Below, in pieces: positions 9,669-19,623 of a DNA stretch of 64,000 nt (its first letter is position 1; each line of letters opens with the position of its first letter). Below the pieces are notes generated by a model. It was not told where the DNA came from and did no database searches. It worked only from the letters and a program-made list of their open reading frames with translations. The position numbers were made by a program, and so were the translations under genes. Origin of the DNA: Alphaproteobacteria bacterium (GTDB lineage Bacteria > Pseudomonadota > Alphaproteobacteria > GCA-2731375); NCBI GenBank assembly GCA_965232515.1, contig CBDDPY010000002.1, positions 2,944,001 through 3,008,000 on the forward strand, read 5' to 3'.

Positions 9669-10748
9669 TCAGATTTCAACACTGCAATAGCTCTGCCAAA
9701 GCCGTTTTGCCTCGGCTGTTGGTTCGATCTTGGTCATGGCCCACCAGCCACGTTCATCGCCCGCATCATGCAAATTGCGATGATGCAGGGCGCAAAGCGG
9801 CACCGTCCATTCGTCGCTGACCTTCTTCCCCATGGCGTTCGGCTGCATGAAACGCAGGTGGTGTGCCTGCGTTGGGCGACGACCGCAAACAATGCACGGC
9901 TGCTTGGCGACATATTGGAGGTGGTTCTTGTTTCGTATCCGCTTCGGCTCGCCGAGCGGCAGTACCGACTTGTCTATGGCGGTGCCCTTCCTTTCCGGCG
10001 TTTCAGGAGCTCGGGCGGGAGCTGATTCGAGTGTGGCAAATTGTGCCGCGATCAGGGCTTCGATGATGTCGGCATAGTGCCTGCCGCGCGCGCCCTTCAA
10101 TTCGGGAAGGGATGCCTTGAGATGCTGAAGCGTATCGGCATTTTTGCCATGGACAGCCTTGAGCGCATCCGGGTTGGTCGCAGCTGCGATCAGCTTGCGG
10201 AACTCGGCACAGAACTCGGCCGGATCCTGAAAGCTATCAACCGGCTGACCGTTTTCGGCTCGCAACACCCAACGAACGGCCGTGGTTTCCTTCGCAGCCC
10301 GGCCGCGCCTTGGTTGCCGCACGCCGCGTTGCTCTCGGTCGTAAAGCGCAAGTCCGAAGGGGTTGCCGAATGTCGACAAGGCACGTTTTGTCGCGTCGGT
10401 CTCGGCCTCCTTGAGGGCGTTCTCGTGCGCTTCTCCGGGAGATGATGGATCCGATTGGCCAAAGCCGCTGCCTTCGCGAATGACTAGTAGGTCGCCGGCA
10501 CGGACCCGCATTCGAACCCGGGCGATATAGGCGCATGCCGGTCTGCCATTCTGTTTGCCCTGCCAAACACAGCGGGCTTCGATTGTCTCCCGGTCCCAGC
10601 CATCGAACCCAAAGATCCGATTGGCCTCAGCGATCGCGTGCCAGCCTTCGATGTAGCTCAATTCGCGGCCTTCGCGTGTCCTCGACTTGATGTGCTTGGA
10701 ATTGAGCTTGGCGCCGAGCGCCTTCTTCTATTCGTCGGTGAAAGGCAT
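9669..10748 (-). pseudogene. Rad52/Rad22-family ssDNA-annealing protein fused to DUF968-like Zn/HNH domain; in-frame TAG at codon 7
   Basis: SYIEGWHAIAEANRIFGFDGW, KEAETDATKRAL..FGNPFGLALY; C-terminal QPCIVCG..AHH..PLCALHH; ATG 10748 overlaps upstream TGA, TAG at 10728-10730. Confidence 0.78.
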
Positions 10749-11251
10749 CACTTGGTCCTCACCGAGATCGTGATGCCACCATTCGAGAGGGCCGCACCGG
10801 GCACGGTTTCGCCATCCTTAAGCGACTGAAGCAAACGTCGGCGATCTAATTTCGGGGGCTGTGGGACGAGGAACTCGGCCGGCAGCTGATCCTCTTCTAC
10901 TATTGTTAGGGACGGTGGCGCCTGTCGGCATGACATCGTGAAATCCGCTTCCTTGATCATCTTGATCTCGGCTCTGTCCATCACGGCGGCGATCAGCGAC
11001 CGTTTCTTGTCCGCTGCTTCCTCGAACCGCGATAGACGTTGGCGCGTTTCATCGATGCGTTGGCGGAGTGCCGTCGCAAGCGCCTTGTCGTCGAGATATG
11101 ATCGCGTCATCTCGACGAGCATTTCATTGAGGTTCGTTAGACCTTCCAACGTATCCCGAAGCGTTTCGTCGTCGGCGTCTGGGAAGTCTGCCTTCAGCCG
11201 CTGGCGCAGGAATGCGTGATGTGCCAGCTCACGCGTAACGGGGGTAGTCAT
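10748..11251 (-). CDS. Siphovirus Gp157-family protein
   Basis: DETLRDTLEG, coiled coil, LPAEFLVPQPPKLDRRRL..LKDGETVPGA.L, C-terminal ISVRTK; TGATG-coupled to the Rad52-like gene. Confidence 0.8.
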   Translation of the reverse strand: MTTPVTRELAHHAFLRQRLKADFPDADDETLRDTLEGLTNLNEMLVEMTRSYLDDKALATALRQRIDETRQRLSRFEEAADKKRSLIAAVMDRAEIKMIKEADFTMSCRQAPPSLTIVEEDQLPAEFLVPQPPKLDRRRLLQSLKDGETVPGAALSNGGITISVRTK

Positions 11252-11365
11252 AGTTGCCGGCCTCAATATCGAGTCAATTCAACCGCCATTGTTCGTGCAC
11301 CGATCACTGGCGGGAAGACCTTGGTGTAACGGCAGCCAGTCCGGAGCAGTTGGCGGGCGGACTTG

Positions 11366-11644
11366 TCAGCTCTTTGCTGGTCGGCTGCGGTCCGGACCGT
11401 CGCGAAGTTCTTCGAAAAGGTTGACCGCCTCTCGCCGCAACGTCAGCGCCGGATCGACTTCGGCGTCGCGCAGATGCCTCAAGCCGACGATGAAACTGTC
11501 GAGATCGCTTTCGATGTTGGGGCGCAAGGCAGAGTGCGCGCTAGCCAAAGTGGCCAACCGGACGACACCATCGCAGATCTCTTCCAGAGCAAAAAGCTCA
11601 CGTCGGATTTCGTCATAGTCGTGTTCGTCTCGGAGTCGAATCAT
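11366..11644 (-). CDS. Hypothetical phage-relic protein
   Basis: 92-aa ORF with AAGGA upstream, co-oriented with gp157. Confidence 0.4.
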   Translation of the reverse strand: MIRLRDEHDYDEIRRELFALEEICDGVVRLATLASAHSALRPNIESDLDSFIVGLRHLRDAEVDPALTLRREAVNLFEELRDGPDRSRPAKS

Positions 11645-11750
11645 TGCTCATCCTTTTCACCTTATTCGAAGGTCCGTGGGGGCGATTCGCGGTCGTTTTC
11701 ATGAAAGCGAAATCGCCAAGAACCAAAATGTGATCTAAAATATATTTATA

Positions 11751-11769
11751 TTGATACTAAAACTATCAA
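11751..11769. promoter_or_regulatory. Palindromic operator candidate TTGATA-N7-TATCAA
   Basis: Perfect 6-bp inverted repeat in the AT-rich divergent gap before the XRE gene. Confidence 0.5.
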
Positions 11770-11815
11770 ATCTGCGCGATAGCTGTCAATAAGCGAGCCA
11801 TCACGCTCTAATGGC

Positions 11816-12052
11816 TTGGTGTTGACCGCTCGTCATCTGCGTGCTGCGAGAGCCTTGCTTGGTTGGGACCAAGGTAAGCTGGCGGCAGAAGCCGGTCTCT
11901 CAGTCCCAACCATAAGGCGGTTGGAGGCAAGTGGCTGTTTCTTGCGCGGAAACGCTAGGAGTGTACATGCTGTACAAACGGCGTTGGAGCGAGCCGGTGT
12001 CGAATTCCTGAACGGGGACTCCCCCGGAGTCCGAATTCGATCCATAACTTGA
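11816..12052 (+). CDS. XRE-family HTH transcriptional regulator
   Basis: LRAARALLGWDQGKLAAEAGLSVPTIRRLE...ALERAGVEF..PGVR. Confidence 0.85.
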   Translation: MVLTARHLRAARALLGWDQGKLAAEAGLSVPTIRRLEASGCFLRGNARSVHAVQTALERAGVEFLNGDSPGVRIRSIT

Positions 12053-12597
12053 AGAACTCTGATATCGATAGACCTATCCCTCACCGCTCAAGAGCTCGGG
12101 GTATCTGCAGAGCTTTTTTCAGCCGATTGTCCTCGCTCACCATGGACCGAACTTCCGCCGCAATGGAAGCGCCCCTTCCCGCTATCGGCGAAGAGGCCGT
12201 CAGAGACGATGATCAGATTGAAGTCGCGAACTGGATGTTTGCGGCGGTAGCGGCGAAGCTGGAGGACGCGGTTGAGGCAGGAGCCTCGGGGCAATCGCCC
12301 CGGCACAACGTCGCCCAGCCGACCGACCCCGGCCGCAGTCTCCGGCCCGCAGCATCCGGGATCCCGAGCTCGCCGCCATTGTCGCCGATTTCGACGTTAA
12401 TCAAGGCCTGAATGGCCCGAACCCCTGCCACTGAAACGACTACACTTGCACCGCAATACAAGCAGGTATTATTGACGCTTCGCGCAGGCCGCCCAATTGA
12501 TAGGGCGGCCTGCCAGCCCGGCAGGCACCGCCGGCGGGCCTTCCAATGGTGCAAGCGCCTCAGCAATTGCGGCGCCGGACACCGGCGGAGGCTCGAC

Positions 12598-13126
12598 ATG
12601 GCCAAGATCACCGATACCCAGCTCGTCATCTTGACGTCAGCGGCGTAGCGCGAGGACGGCGCCGCCCTGCCGCTGTCCAAATCCTCGAAGCCGAAAGGCG
12701 GGACCGCCACCGCCAGCCTCAAGAGCGTGCTGAAGCAAGGCTGGCTGGATGAGCGACCAGCTGCTGCCGGCGTCCCGGCCTGGCGCGAGGCCGGTGAGCG
12801 GCGCATGACTCTAATCAACGCCCCTCCCGGTTTGAGCGCGATTGGCATCGAGGCGGAGTCGACGGACGGCGATGAGCCGGCCGCAAAAAAATCGAAACGA
12901 CAGACCGGTCTGACGGCAAGTCCGAGAATGTCATAAGACTGGCGACAAGATTCAAACGTCAAGGCACTCAGCCGAGCACAAAACAGTCTAGCCTAATCGC
13001 ATAGTTGCGCCGTAAGTAGTGCGGGGCGCTATCAGCGGTGCGCTAAAGAAGAAGCTCGGCCTCGCAGTAGCCTCGGAAACAGTCGACGGTCGCGGCCGCG
13101 TCTACCGCATCGTCGAGGAGGCCTGA
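12598..13126 (+). pseudogene. DUF3489-family protein, decayed
   Basis: GGAGG RBS; MAKITDTQLVILTSAA*REDG...; later STKQSSLIA*LRR and VRGAISGALKKKLGLAVASETVDGRGRVYRI*; HTH core missing. Confidence 0.72.
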
Positions 13127-13795
13127 GCGATGGCAATCCCTACTAAGAGCAACGATGAGGGCCGGGACACTAGCTGCGTTAGTTCCTACCTGTTGCGACC
13201 GCTTCGGAGCTATCAACAAGCCCTGCATGACCGTGCAACCAAGCCGGTGCAGGCTTTTGGTCAAGAACAGGCGCGGGCGCAGACGTCAGGCACAGCCGAG
13301 ATCGGGAGGGCGGCCGAGCAACCACTGCGAAATTTCAGAGGATCTTCTAGGGCCCGATTGGCGGTGTCATCCAACAAACGATAGCGATCGCAAAAATCGC
13401 GGACCGGCTAGCGACCGTGCCCTCAGCCATTTCGCTGCTGACAAAATGGATCGTGTTTATCTGGCAGCGCCAACCGAAAGCACTGTATGCACGGCTCATA
13501 GTTCGCAAGCTCGCGTAGTGTGACCATTGAAGTCAGGTTACCTTGACATCGCCAGAAAGATACTGAATGAATATGGCCTGCTTAGCTCGGTGATTCTCAC
13601 CCGGCTTGCGGCAGCTTACCGAGCGTAGTTCATTCTCAATCGTTAGATCCACTCCAAAGCCTTGCCGAACACCTACCGGCATGTGCTTAAGGGCGTTGTT
13701 TTGCTTCAATGAAATGAATTCGAGATTTTGGTGCTACATCCTGCAGGCGATTCCTGCTTGCGCCGACCACTAAAAACACCGTTAGAAACTTCGCT

Positions 13796-15421
13796 ATGAG
13801 TAGGTCGATAAACCACGAAGATCCAAATCTGCACTCGCGAGATGTTAAGAAGAGCGTTGCTGTCATTGGTTGCGGCTACTGGGGGAAAAACCACGTTCGC
13901 AGTTTTGGCGAACTGGGTACCCTGAAGGCTGTTCATGATCAGGATCCTTCTGTCGCCGCAAACTTCGCCGACAGTTATGATGCGACTGCTATGGGTTTCG
14001 AGGACATTCTTGACGATTCGTCGATTTCTTCAGTGGTAATTGCAACTCCTGCGAAACATCACCATAGCCAAGCAAGGCAAGCGCTATTGGCCGGCAAACA
14101 TGTGCTGGTCGAAAAACCGCTGTCACTGAGATGCAGCGAAGCGGAAGAGCTTTGCCAGCTGGCGGAAGAAAGCCACTTGGTCCTGATGGTAGGCCATATC
14201 CTTCAGTATCATCCCGCATTCTTGCGTCTTAGGGAACTAGTTGCGGCCGGCGAACTCGGACGTCTGCAGTATGTCTATTCAAATCGGCTGAACCTAGGAC
14301 GCATCCGGCAGGAGGAGAACATCCTCTGGAGCTTCGCGCCGCACGACCTGTCGATGATCCTCAGCCTGATAGGCAACGAACCGGCTTCAGTTTCAGCCAG
14401 CGGGTCCTATTACCTGCACAAGTCAGTCGCCGACGTCACAGTTACCAACTTGGCATTTCCGGGCGGTGAGAATGCCCACATTTTTGTATCCTGGCTGCAT
14501 CCGTTCAAGGAGCAGAAGCTGGTGGCGGTCGGCGATAAGGCCATGGTCGTGTTCGATGATCTGCAGCCTTGGTCCGAGAAGCTGACTCTCTACCCGCATC
14601 GCATCACCTGGCGAAACGGTTTGCCGATGCCGGAAAAGGCCGATGGTGTGCCAGTGCCGGTCGGCGAGGACGAACCGCTCCGGCGTGAAAGCGAACACTT
14701 TCTCGATTGCGTTGCGGGCGGCATCAAGCCGCAAACCGACGGACGTGAGGGCTTGAGCGTTCTGCGCGTACTCGATGCAGCAGAGCAGTCGATGGCGAGC
14801 GGACAAACCGTGAAGTGCAACGAGTCATCGGCCGCTAAAATCTTCTTCACCTCCGATGTCATGGTCCATGAATCGGCTTATGTCGACGAAGACGTAGAAA
14901 TCGGCGGTCGCACAAAAATCTGGCATTTTTGCCACATATTGGGTGGCACGAAGATCGGCCGCAATGTGTCGGTCGGTCAAAACGTAATGATCGGACCGAA
15001 TGTTAATGTCGGCGATGATTGCAAAGTCCAGAACAATGTCAGTCTTTATCAGGGTGTGACCCTTGAAGACGGCGTGTTTTGCGGACCCAGTTGTGTCTTC
15101 ACGAATGTGCTCAACCCACGGGCCGATGTGAACCGCAAGGACGAGTTTCGCGGAACCATTGTCCGCCGTGGCGCCACAATCGGCGCTAATTCCACCATCG
15201 TCTGTGGTAACGAGATCGGCGCATACAGCATGATCGGTGCCGGCGCCGTGGTAACGCAAGACGTGCCGTCGTATGCCTTGATGGCGGGCGTACCGGCCCG
15301 CCGTATAGGCTGGGTCAGCCACGCCGGCGAAGTGCTGGGTGGCGATCTCGTCTGCCCGCGCAGCGGCCGTCGCTACCGCGAGGCGGCGCCTGACCGTTTG
15401 GTCGAGATCGTCGATGACTAG
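13796..15421 (+). CDS. Fusion of Gfo/Idh/MocA sugar 3-dehydrogenase (WbpB/WlbA-like) and hexapeptide N-acetyltransferase (WbpD/WlbB-like)
   Basis: GCGYWG, VEKP, APHD in N-half; [44 protein letters not shown] in C-half; one uninterrupted ORF. Confidence 0.88.
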   Translation: MSRSINHEDPNLHSRDVKKSVAVIGCGYWGKNHVRSFGELGTLKAVHDQDPSVAANFADSYDATAMGFEDILDDSSISSVVIATPAKHHHSQARQALLAGKHVLVEKPLSLRCSEAEELCQLAEESHLVLMVGHILQYHPAFLRLRELVAAGELGRLQYVYSNRLNLGRIRQEENILWSFAPHDLSMILSLIGNEPASVSASGSYYLHKSVADVTVTNLAFPGGENAHIFVSWLHPFKEQKLVAVGDKAMVVFDDLQPWSEKLTLYPHRITWRNGLPMPEKADGVPVPVGEDEPLRRESEHFLDCVAGGIKPQTDGREGLSVLRVLDAAEQSMASGQTVKCNESSAAKIFFTSDVMVHESAYVDEDVEIGGRTKIWHFCHILGGTKIGRNVSVGQNVMIGPNVNVGDDCKVQNNVSLYQGVTLEDGVFCGPSCVFTNVLNPRADVNRKDEFRGTIVRRGATIGANSTIVCGNEIGAYSMIGAGAVVTQDVPSYALMAGVPARRIGWVSHAGEVLGGDLVCPRSGRRYREAAPDRLVEIVDD

Positions 15422-16589
15422 TCCGAACCTGGCCCAGACCGAACCGGCGATGGCGCCAATCCATTTCATCGATCTGCAAGCGCAGCGTGCTCGCATAAAG
15501 GACCGCATCGACTCCGCCATACAAAACGTGCTGGCCCGCGGGGCCTTTATCATGGGGCCGGAGGTCCAGGAACTGGAAGCCCGGCTGGCGACGTTCGCTG
15601 GCGCCAAACACTGCATTACCTGCTCGAACGGCACCGACGCACTGAGCCTGGCGCTGCGCGCCCTGGGCATCGGCGCCGGAGACGCCGTGTTCGTGCCGGC
15701 CTTCACCTTCGCGGCGACGGCCGAGGTCGTCGCACTGTGCGGCGCCACGCCGGTCTTCGCAGATGTTCTGCCGGACACTTTCAATATCGATCCCGACAGT
15801 CTCGACGCCGCTATTTCGAAAATCATTGCCGACGGCGAATTGCGGCCGCGCGCAGTCATCCCGGTCGACCTTTTCGGCCAGCCAGCCGACTACCGAGCCG
15901 TGACGACAATCGCCGAGCAACACCGGATGGCCGTCATTGCCGACGCTGCGCAGAGCTTCGGCGCAACCTTCGACAACCGGCGCGTCGGCACGCTTGGCGA
16001 TTTGACCACGACTAGCTTCTTTCCGGCCAAGCCGTTGGGATGCTACGGCGACGGCGGCGCCGTCTTTACCGACGACGACGAAGCCGCGACGGCCATGCGC
16101 TCCCTGCGGGTGCACGGCAAGGGCAATGACAAGTATGACAATGTCCGCATCGGCTTGAACGCTCGCCTCGACACGCTGCAAGCCGCCATCCTTCTGGAAA
16201 AGCTGTCAATATTTCCCGACGAAATCGAGGCGAGACAACGGGTTGCCAATCGCTATTCCGTCGCGCTGTCGGACGTGGCCGTCACACCAGCACTGGCGCC
16301 GGGTAGCACATCGGTGTGGGCGCAGTACACGCTGCGACTGGACCGGCGCGACGACGTGCAGGCGGCGCTCAAAGCCGAGGACATTCCGACGGCGGTCTAC
16401 TACCCGATGCCGCTCAATCGACAGACCGCTTACCGTCAGTTTCAGGTAGCGCCCGACGGAGCGCCGGTCAGCGACCGGCACAGCCGTCAGGCTCTCAGCC
16501 TGCCAATGCACCCCTATCTAGAGCCGGACGTTCAGGACCGGATTATCGCCGTCCTGCGCGACGTCATTCGACAAGAGGAACGCGAGTAG
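15414..16589 (+). CDS. DegT/DnrJ/EryC1/StrS aminotransferase (WbpE/WlbC-like); alternative start 15450
   Basis: [40 protein letters not shown]. Confidence 0.9.
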   Translation: MTSPNLAQTEPAMAPIHFIDLQAQRARIKDRIDSAIQNVLARGAFIMGPEVQELEARLATFAGAKHCITCSNGTDALSLALRALGIGAGDAVFVPAFTFAATAEVVALCGATPVFADVLPDTFNIDPDSLDAAISKIIADGELRPRAVIPVDLFGQPADYRAVTTIAEQHRMAVIADAAQSFGATFDNRRVGTLGDLTTTSFFPAKPLGCYGDGGAVFTDDDEAATAMRSLRVHGKGNDKYDNVRIGLNARLDTLQAAILLEKLSIFPDEIEARQRVANRYSVALSDVAVTPALAPGSTSVWAQYTLRLDRRDDVQAALKAEDIPTAVYYPMPLNRQTAYRQFQVAPDGAPVSDRHSRQALSLPMHPYLEPDVQDRIIAVLRDVIRQEERE

Positions 16590-17582
16590 ATGGATATTCG
16601 TGGCAAGAAATTCGTTGTGATTGGCGGCGCCGGATTGATTGGATCCCACACCGTCGACGCGCTTGTCCGCGAGGATATCGGCGAAATCCTGATCTACGAC
16701 AACTTCGTCCGTGGCCGCGAGGAGAACCTGGTGGCGGCGCTCCGCGATCCGCGGGTTCGCATTTACGACATCGGCGGCGACATCTGCCAGACCGATATCC
16801 TGAACGCCGCGCTGAAGAATGCCGACGGCGTGTTCCATTTCGCCGCGCTCTGGCTGCTGCAATGCCATGAATTTCCGCGCGCCGCGTTCGACGTCAATAT
16901 TCGAGGCACTTTCAACGTCCTGGAGGCCTGCGTTGCCCAGGGCGTCAAGCGACTGGTCTACTCGTCATCGGCTTCAGTATACGGCGATGCCATTGTCGAG
17001 CCGATGGGAGAGGATCACCCGTTCAACAACACGAACTTTTACGGCGCCACCAAGATCGCCGGCGAGGCGATGGCGCGCGCCTATCATCACCGCTACGGCC
17101 TGCCGCTGGTAGGCTTACGCTACATGAACGTCTACGGCGCCCGCCAAGACTACAAGGGCGCCTATATCGCCGTGATCATGAAAATCCTCGACCGGTTGGA
17201 CCAGAGCGAGCCGCCGACGGTCTACGGCGACGGCAGCCAAGCCTATGATTTCATCTACGTTGGAGACTGCGCCAAAGCCAATATCTGCGCGATGAAGGCC
17301 GATGCCGTGGACGCGTTTTACAATGTCGGCACGGGCACGCGTACGTCGATCAAGGAACTGGCGGAACTTCTCTTGCGCCTGACGGGCTCGAACTTGGGCA
17401 TTCACTACGAACTGGAAGGCCAGACGTTCGTCAAGAACCGTATCGGCGATCCTCGCAAGGCGCGAGACGAAATCGGCTTTGCGGCCGAGGTCGAACTTGA
17501 AGATGGTTTGCGGCGGCTGATCGAATGGCGCAATCTGCACAAGTCGGAAGTCGCCGCCCGCCGGCTTAGGGCAGCGGAATAA
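16590..17582 (+). CDS. NAD-dependent nucleotide-sugar epimerase/dehydratase
   Basis: GGAGLIG, SSSASVYG, YGATK, RYMNVYG. Confidence 0.9.
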   Translation: MDIRGKKFVVIGGAGLIGSHTVDALVREDIGEILIYDNFVRGREENLVAALRDPRVRIYDIGGDICQTDILNAALKNADGVFHFAALWLLQCHEFPRAAFDVNIRGTFNVLEACVAQGVKRLVYSSSASVYGDAIVEPMGEDHPFNNTNFYGATKIAGEAMARAYHHRYGLPLVGLRYMNVYGARQDYKGAYIAVIMKILDRLDQSEPPTVYGDGSQAYDFIYVGDCAKANICAMKADAVDAFYNVGTGTRTSIKELAELLLRLTGSNLGIHYELEGQTFVKNRIGDPRKARDEIGFAAEVELEDGLRRLIEWRNLHKSEVAARRLRAAE

Positions 17583-18724
17583 TGCCTGAGCGCAACATCG
17601 CCATCGCCCTGCCGTCAATCGGCGAAGAGGAATGGCAGGCGCTCCGCGAACCGATCGAAAGCGGCTGGTTGACGCAAGGTCCGAAGGTCGCCGAGTTCGA
17701 ACGCCGGTTCGCGGAGTTGCACGACGTCAAGCACGCTATCGCCGTGACGTCGTGTACGACCGGGTTGCATCTAGCTCTGGCATCGCTGGGCATCGGACCC
17801 GGCGACGAGGTTATCGTGCCAGCCTTTACCTGGGTGGCGACAGCCAATGTCGTCGTTTTGTGCGGGGCGACGCCTGTCTTCGTCGATGTCGACCGGGAAA
17901 CCTTCAACGTCGACATTACGCAGATCGCCTCGAAGCTGACGCCGCGCACCAGGGCGGTCATCGCCGTGCATTTGTTCGGACTCTGTACCGACATCGACGC
18001 GCTAAGGAAAGTTTTGCCGGCAGACGTTCGAGTCATCGAGGACGCGGCCTGCGCCGCCGGCGCCTCCCACAGGGGTCGCAAGGCCGGCGGACTGGGCGAC
18101 GTCGCTGCCTTTTCGTTTCACCCGCGTAAGTCGGTGACGACCGGAGAAGGCGGCATGGTCACCACGAACGATGATGCGATCGCCGAGCGCGCGTCCCAGG
18201 CCCGCAACCACGGCGCAACGATTTCCGAAGAGCAACGCCATCGCGGTCCCAAGCCCTACATTCTTCCCGACTTCGATTGCCTTGGCTTCAACTATCGCAT
18301 GACCGATCTGCAGGGCGCGGTCGGCCTCGTGCAACTCGATAAACTTGAACGTTTCGTCGCCGAGCGCTCAAAATGGGCCGCTTGGTACCGGGATCAGCTC
18401 TACGACCTCAACTGGCTTCGGCTACCGGATGAGCCGGTTGACGGCCTGCATGCCTGGCAGGCGTTCGTAACCTATGTCAACCCAGAGAGCGCACCGGCGG
18501 CGCGCAACGAGATCATGCAACGGCTGCAGGACAAAGGAGTGTCGACCAGGCCGGGCACCCATGCCGTGCACATGCTGACCTATTATCGCGAACAGTTCGG
18601 ATGCCGTCCGGACGACTGTCCCGCCGCCCGAGATTGCGACGCCGAGAGCATGGCAATACCGCTGCACAATCGCATGAACCTGGAAGACTACGCCTATGTC
18701 GTCGACGCCATCCGTAGTATTTGA
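17582..18724 (+). CDS. DegT/DnrJ/EryC1/StrS aminotransferase
   Basis: GWLTQGPKV, EDAACA, FSFHPRKSVTTGEGG, GFNYRMTD. Confidence 0.92.
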   Translation: MPERNIAIALPSIGEEEWQALREPIESGWLTQGPKVAEFERRFAELHDVKHAIAVTSCTTGLHLALASLGIGPGDEVIVPAFTWVATANVVVLCGATPVFVDVDRETFNVDITQIASKLTPRTRAVIAVHLFGLCTDIDALRKVLPADVRVIEDAACAAGASHRGRKAGGLGDVAAFSFHPRKSVTTGEGGMVTTNDDAIAERASQARNHGATISEEQRHRGPKPYILPDFDCLGFNYRMTDLQGAVGLVQLDKLERFVAERSKWAAWYRDQLYDLNWLRLPDEPVDGLHAWQAFVTYVNPESAPAARNEIMQRLQDKGVSTRPGTHAVHMLTYYREQFGCRPDDCPAARDCDAESMAIPLHNRMNLEDYAYVVDAIRSI

Positions 18725-18731
18725 TGCCAAC

Positions 18732-19601
18732 GTGCCACACTGGCTGGAGCAATTGCTAGTTGCCGCCCTGCCCGAGGAGGGATCCACGTGTGACATAGCT
18801 GGGCAATCAACAGTTATGCGAGACGGTATTCTGCGAATTGGCGGTACTGTCTCAGATGAACAGGCACAGACCAGCGACACGTTCGGTTTCAAATGGCACA
18901 AGCGCGATTCGTTCGAATCGGAAGCTTGGCGAGGTCAGCTACGAAATTGGCTGTCGATATCTCGACCGCAGTGGACGTTGCCATGCGGCGGTTCACCGAG
19001 CACCACCTGGATGCAGCGTTCATGCAAGCCGACATCACGGATCTCCCATTACCGCACCGATCGGTAGACATTATTTTTTTCCGAGGGAGTTCTGCATCAT
19101 ACCGACTCGACAGAAAAGGCGCTGTCCTCCCTGGCGAAATTACTGCGCCCGGGCGGCCGCTTTCAGTTCTATGTCTACAATAGGAAGGTGCCGATACGTG
19201 AATTTACTGACGATTACGTCCGCGCACAGCTTCAGCAATTGGACCAGAACGAAGCCTGGCAAGCAGTCATGCCATTGACCAAGCCAGGGGCCGTCCTCGG
19301 CCAACTGGATTTGGAGATCGACGTTCCCGAGCCGATCGATCTGTTGGGCATTCCGGCCGGCCGTATCAATCTGCAGCGTTTGTTCTATTGGCACATCTTC
19401 AAAGCGGTCTATCGGCCCGAGTTCGATCTCGAGGAGCTCAACCACATCAATTTCGACTGGTACGCGCCCGCGAATGCCCATCGACAAACGCCAGAGCAGG
19501 TTCGTGAATGGTGCGCCGCCGCCGACATGCGCACTGAACGCGAGGTTGTCGAGGAAGCGGGCATAACGATAATCGCGCGCAAGCAAGGCAATCCGAATTG
19601 A
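18732..19601 (+). pseudogene. Class I SAM-dependent methyltransferase with internal deletion and frameshift
   Basis: Three segments: QTSDTFGFKW | AVDISTAVD..QADITDLP | SEGVLHHT..LRPGG..PIREFTDD..FDWYAP; SAM motif I absent; extra T in T7 run 19074-19080. Confidence 0.8.
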
Positions 19602-19623
19602 CGGGTCGGCGCACGTAACCGGC

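Larger units (their letters stand above)
8940..13400. mobile_element. Decayed prophage/integrative-element relic
   Basis: GC drop relative to left flank; Rad52-DUF968, Gp157, XRE, DUF3489 genes, several broken; no intact integrase or structural genes; boundaries approximate. Confidence 0.65.

Noticed and set aside
8940-13400. Intact prophage or defence system
   Set aside because: No integrase, terminase, capsid or recognisable defence gene; mostly pseudogenes.
16587-16592. In-frame TAG-ATG junction between aminotransferase and epimerase as read-through fusion
   Set aside because: Both proteins are complete and a GAGGA RBS precedes the ATG; ordinary tight packing.
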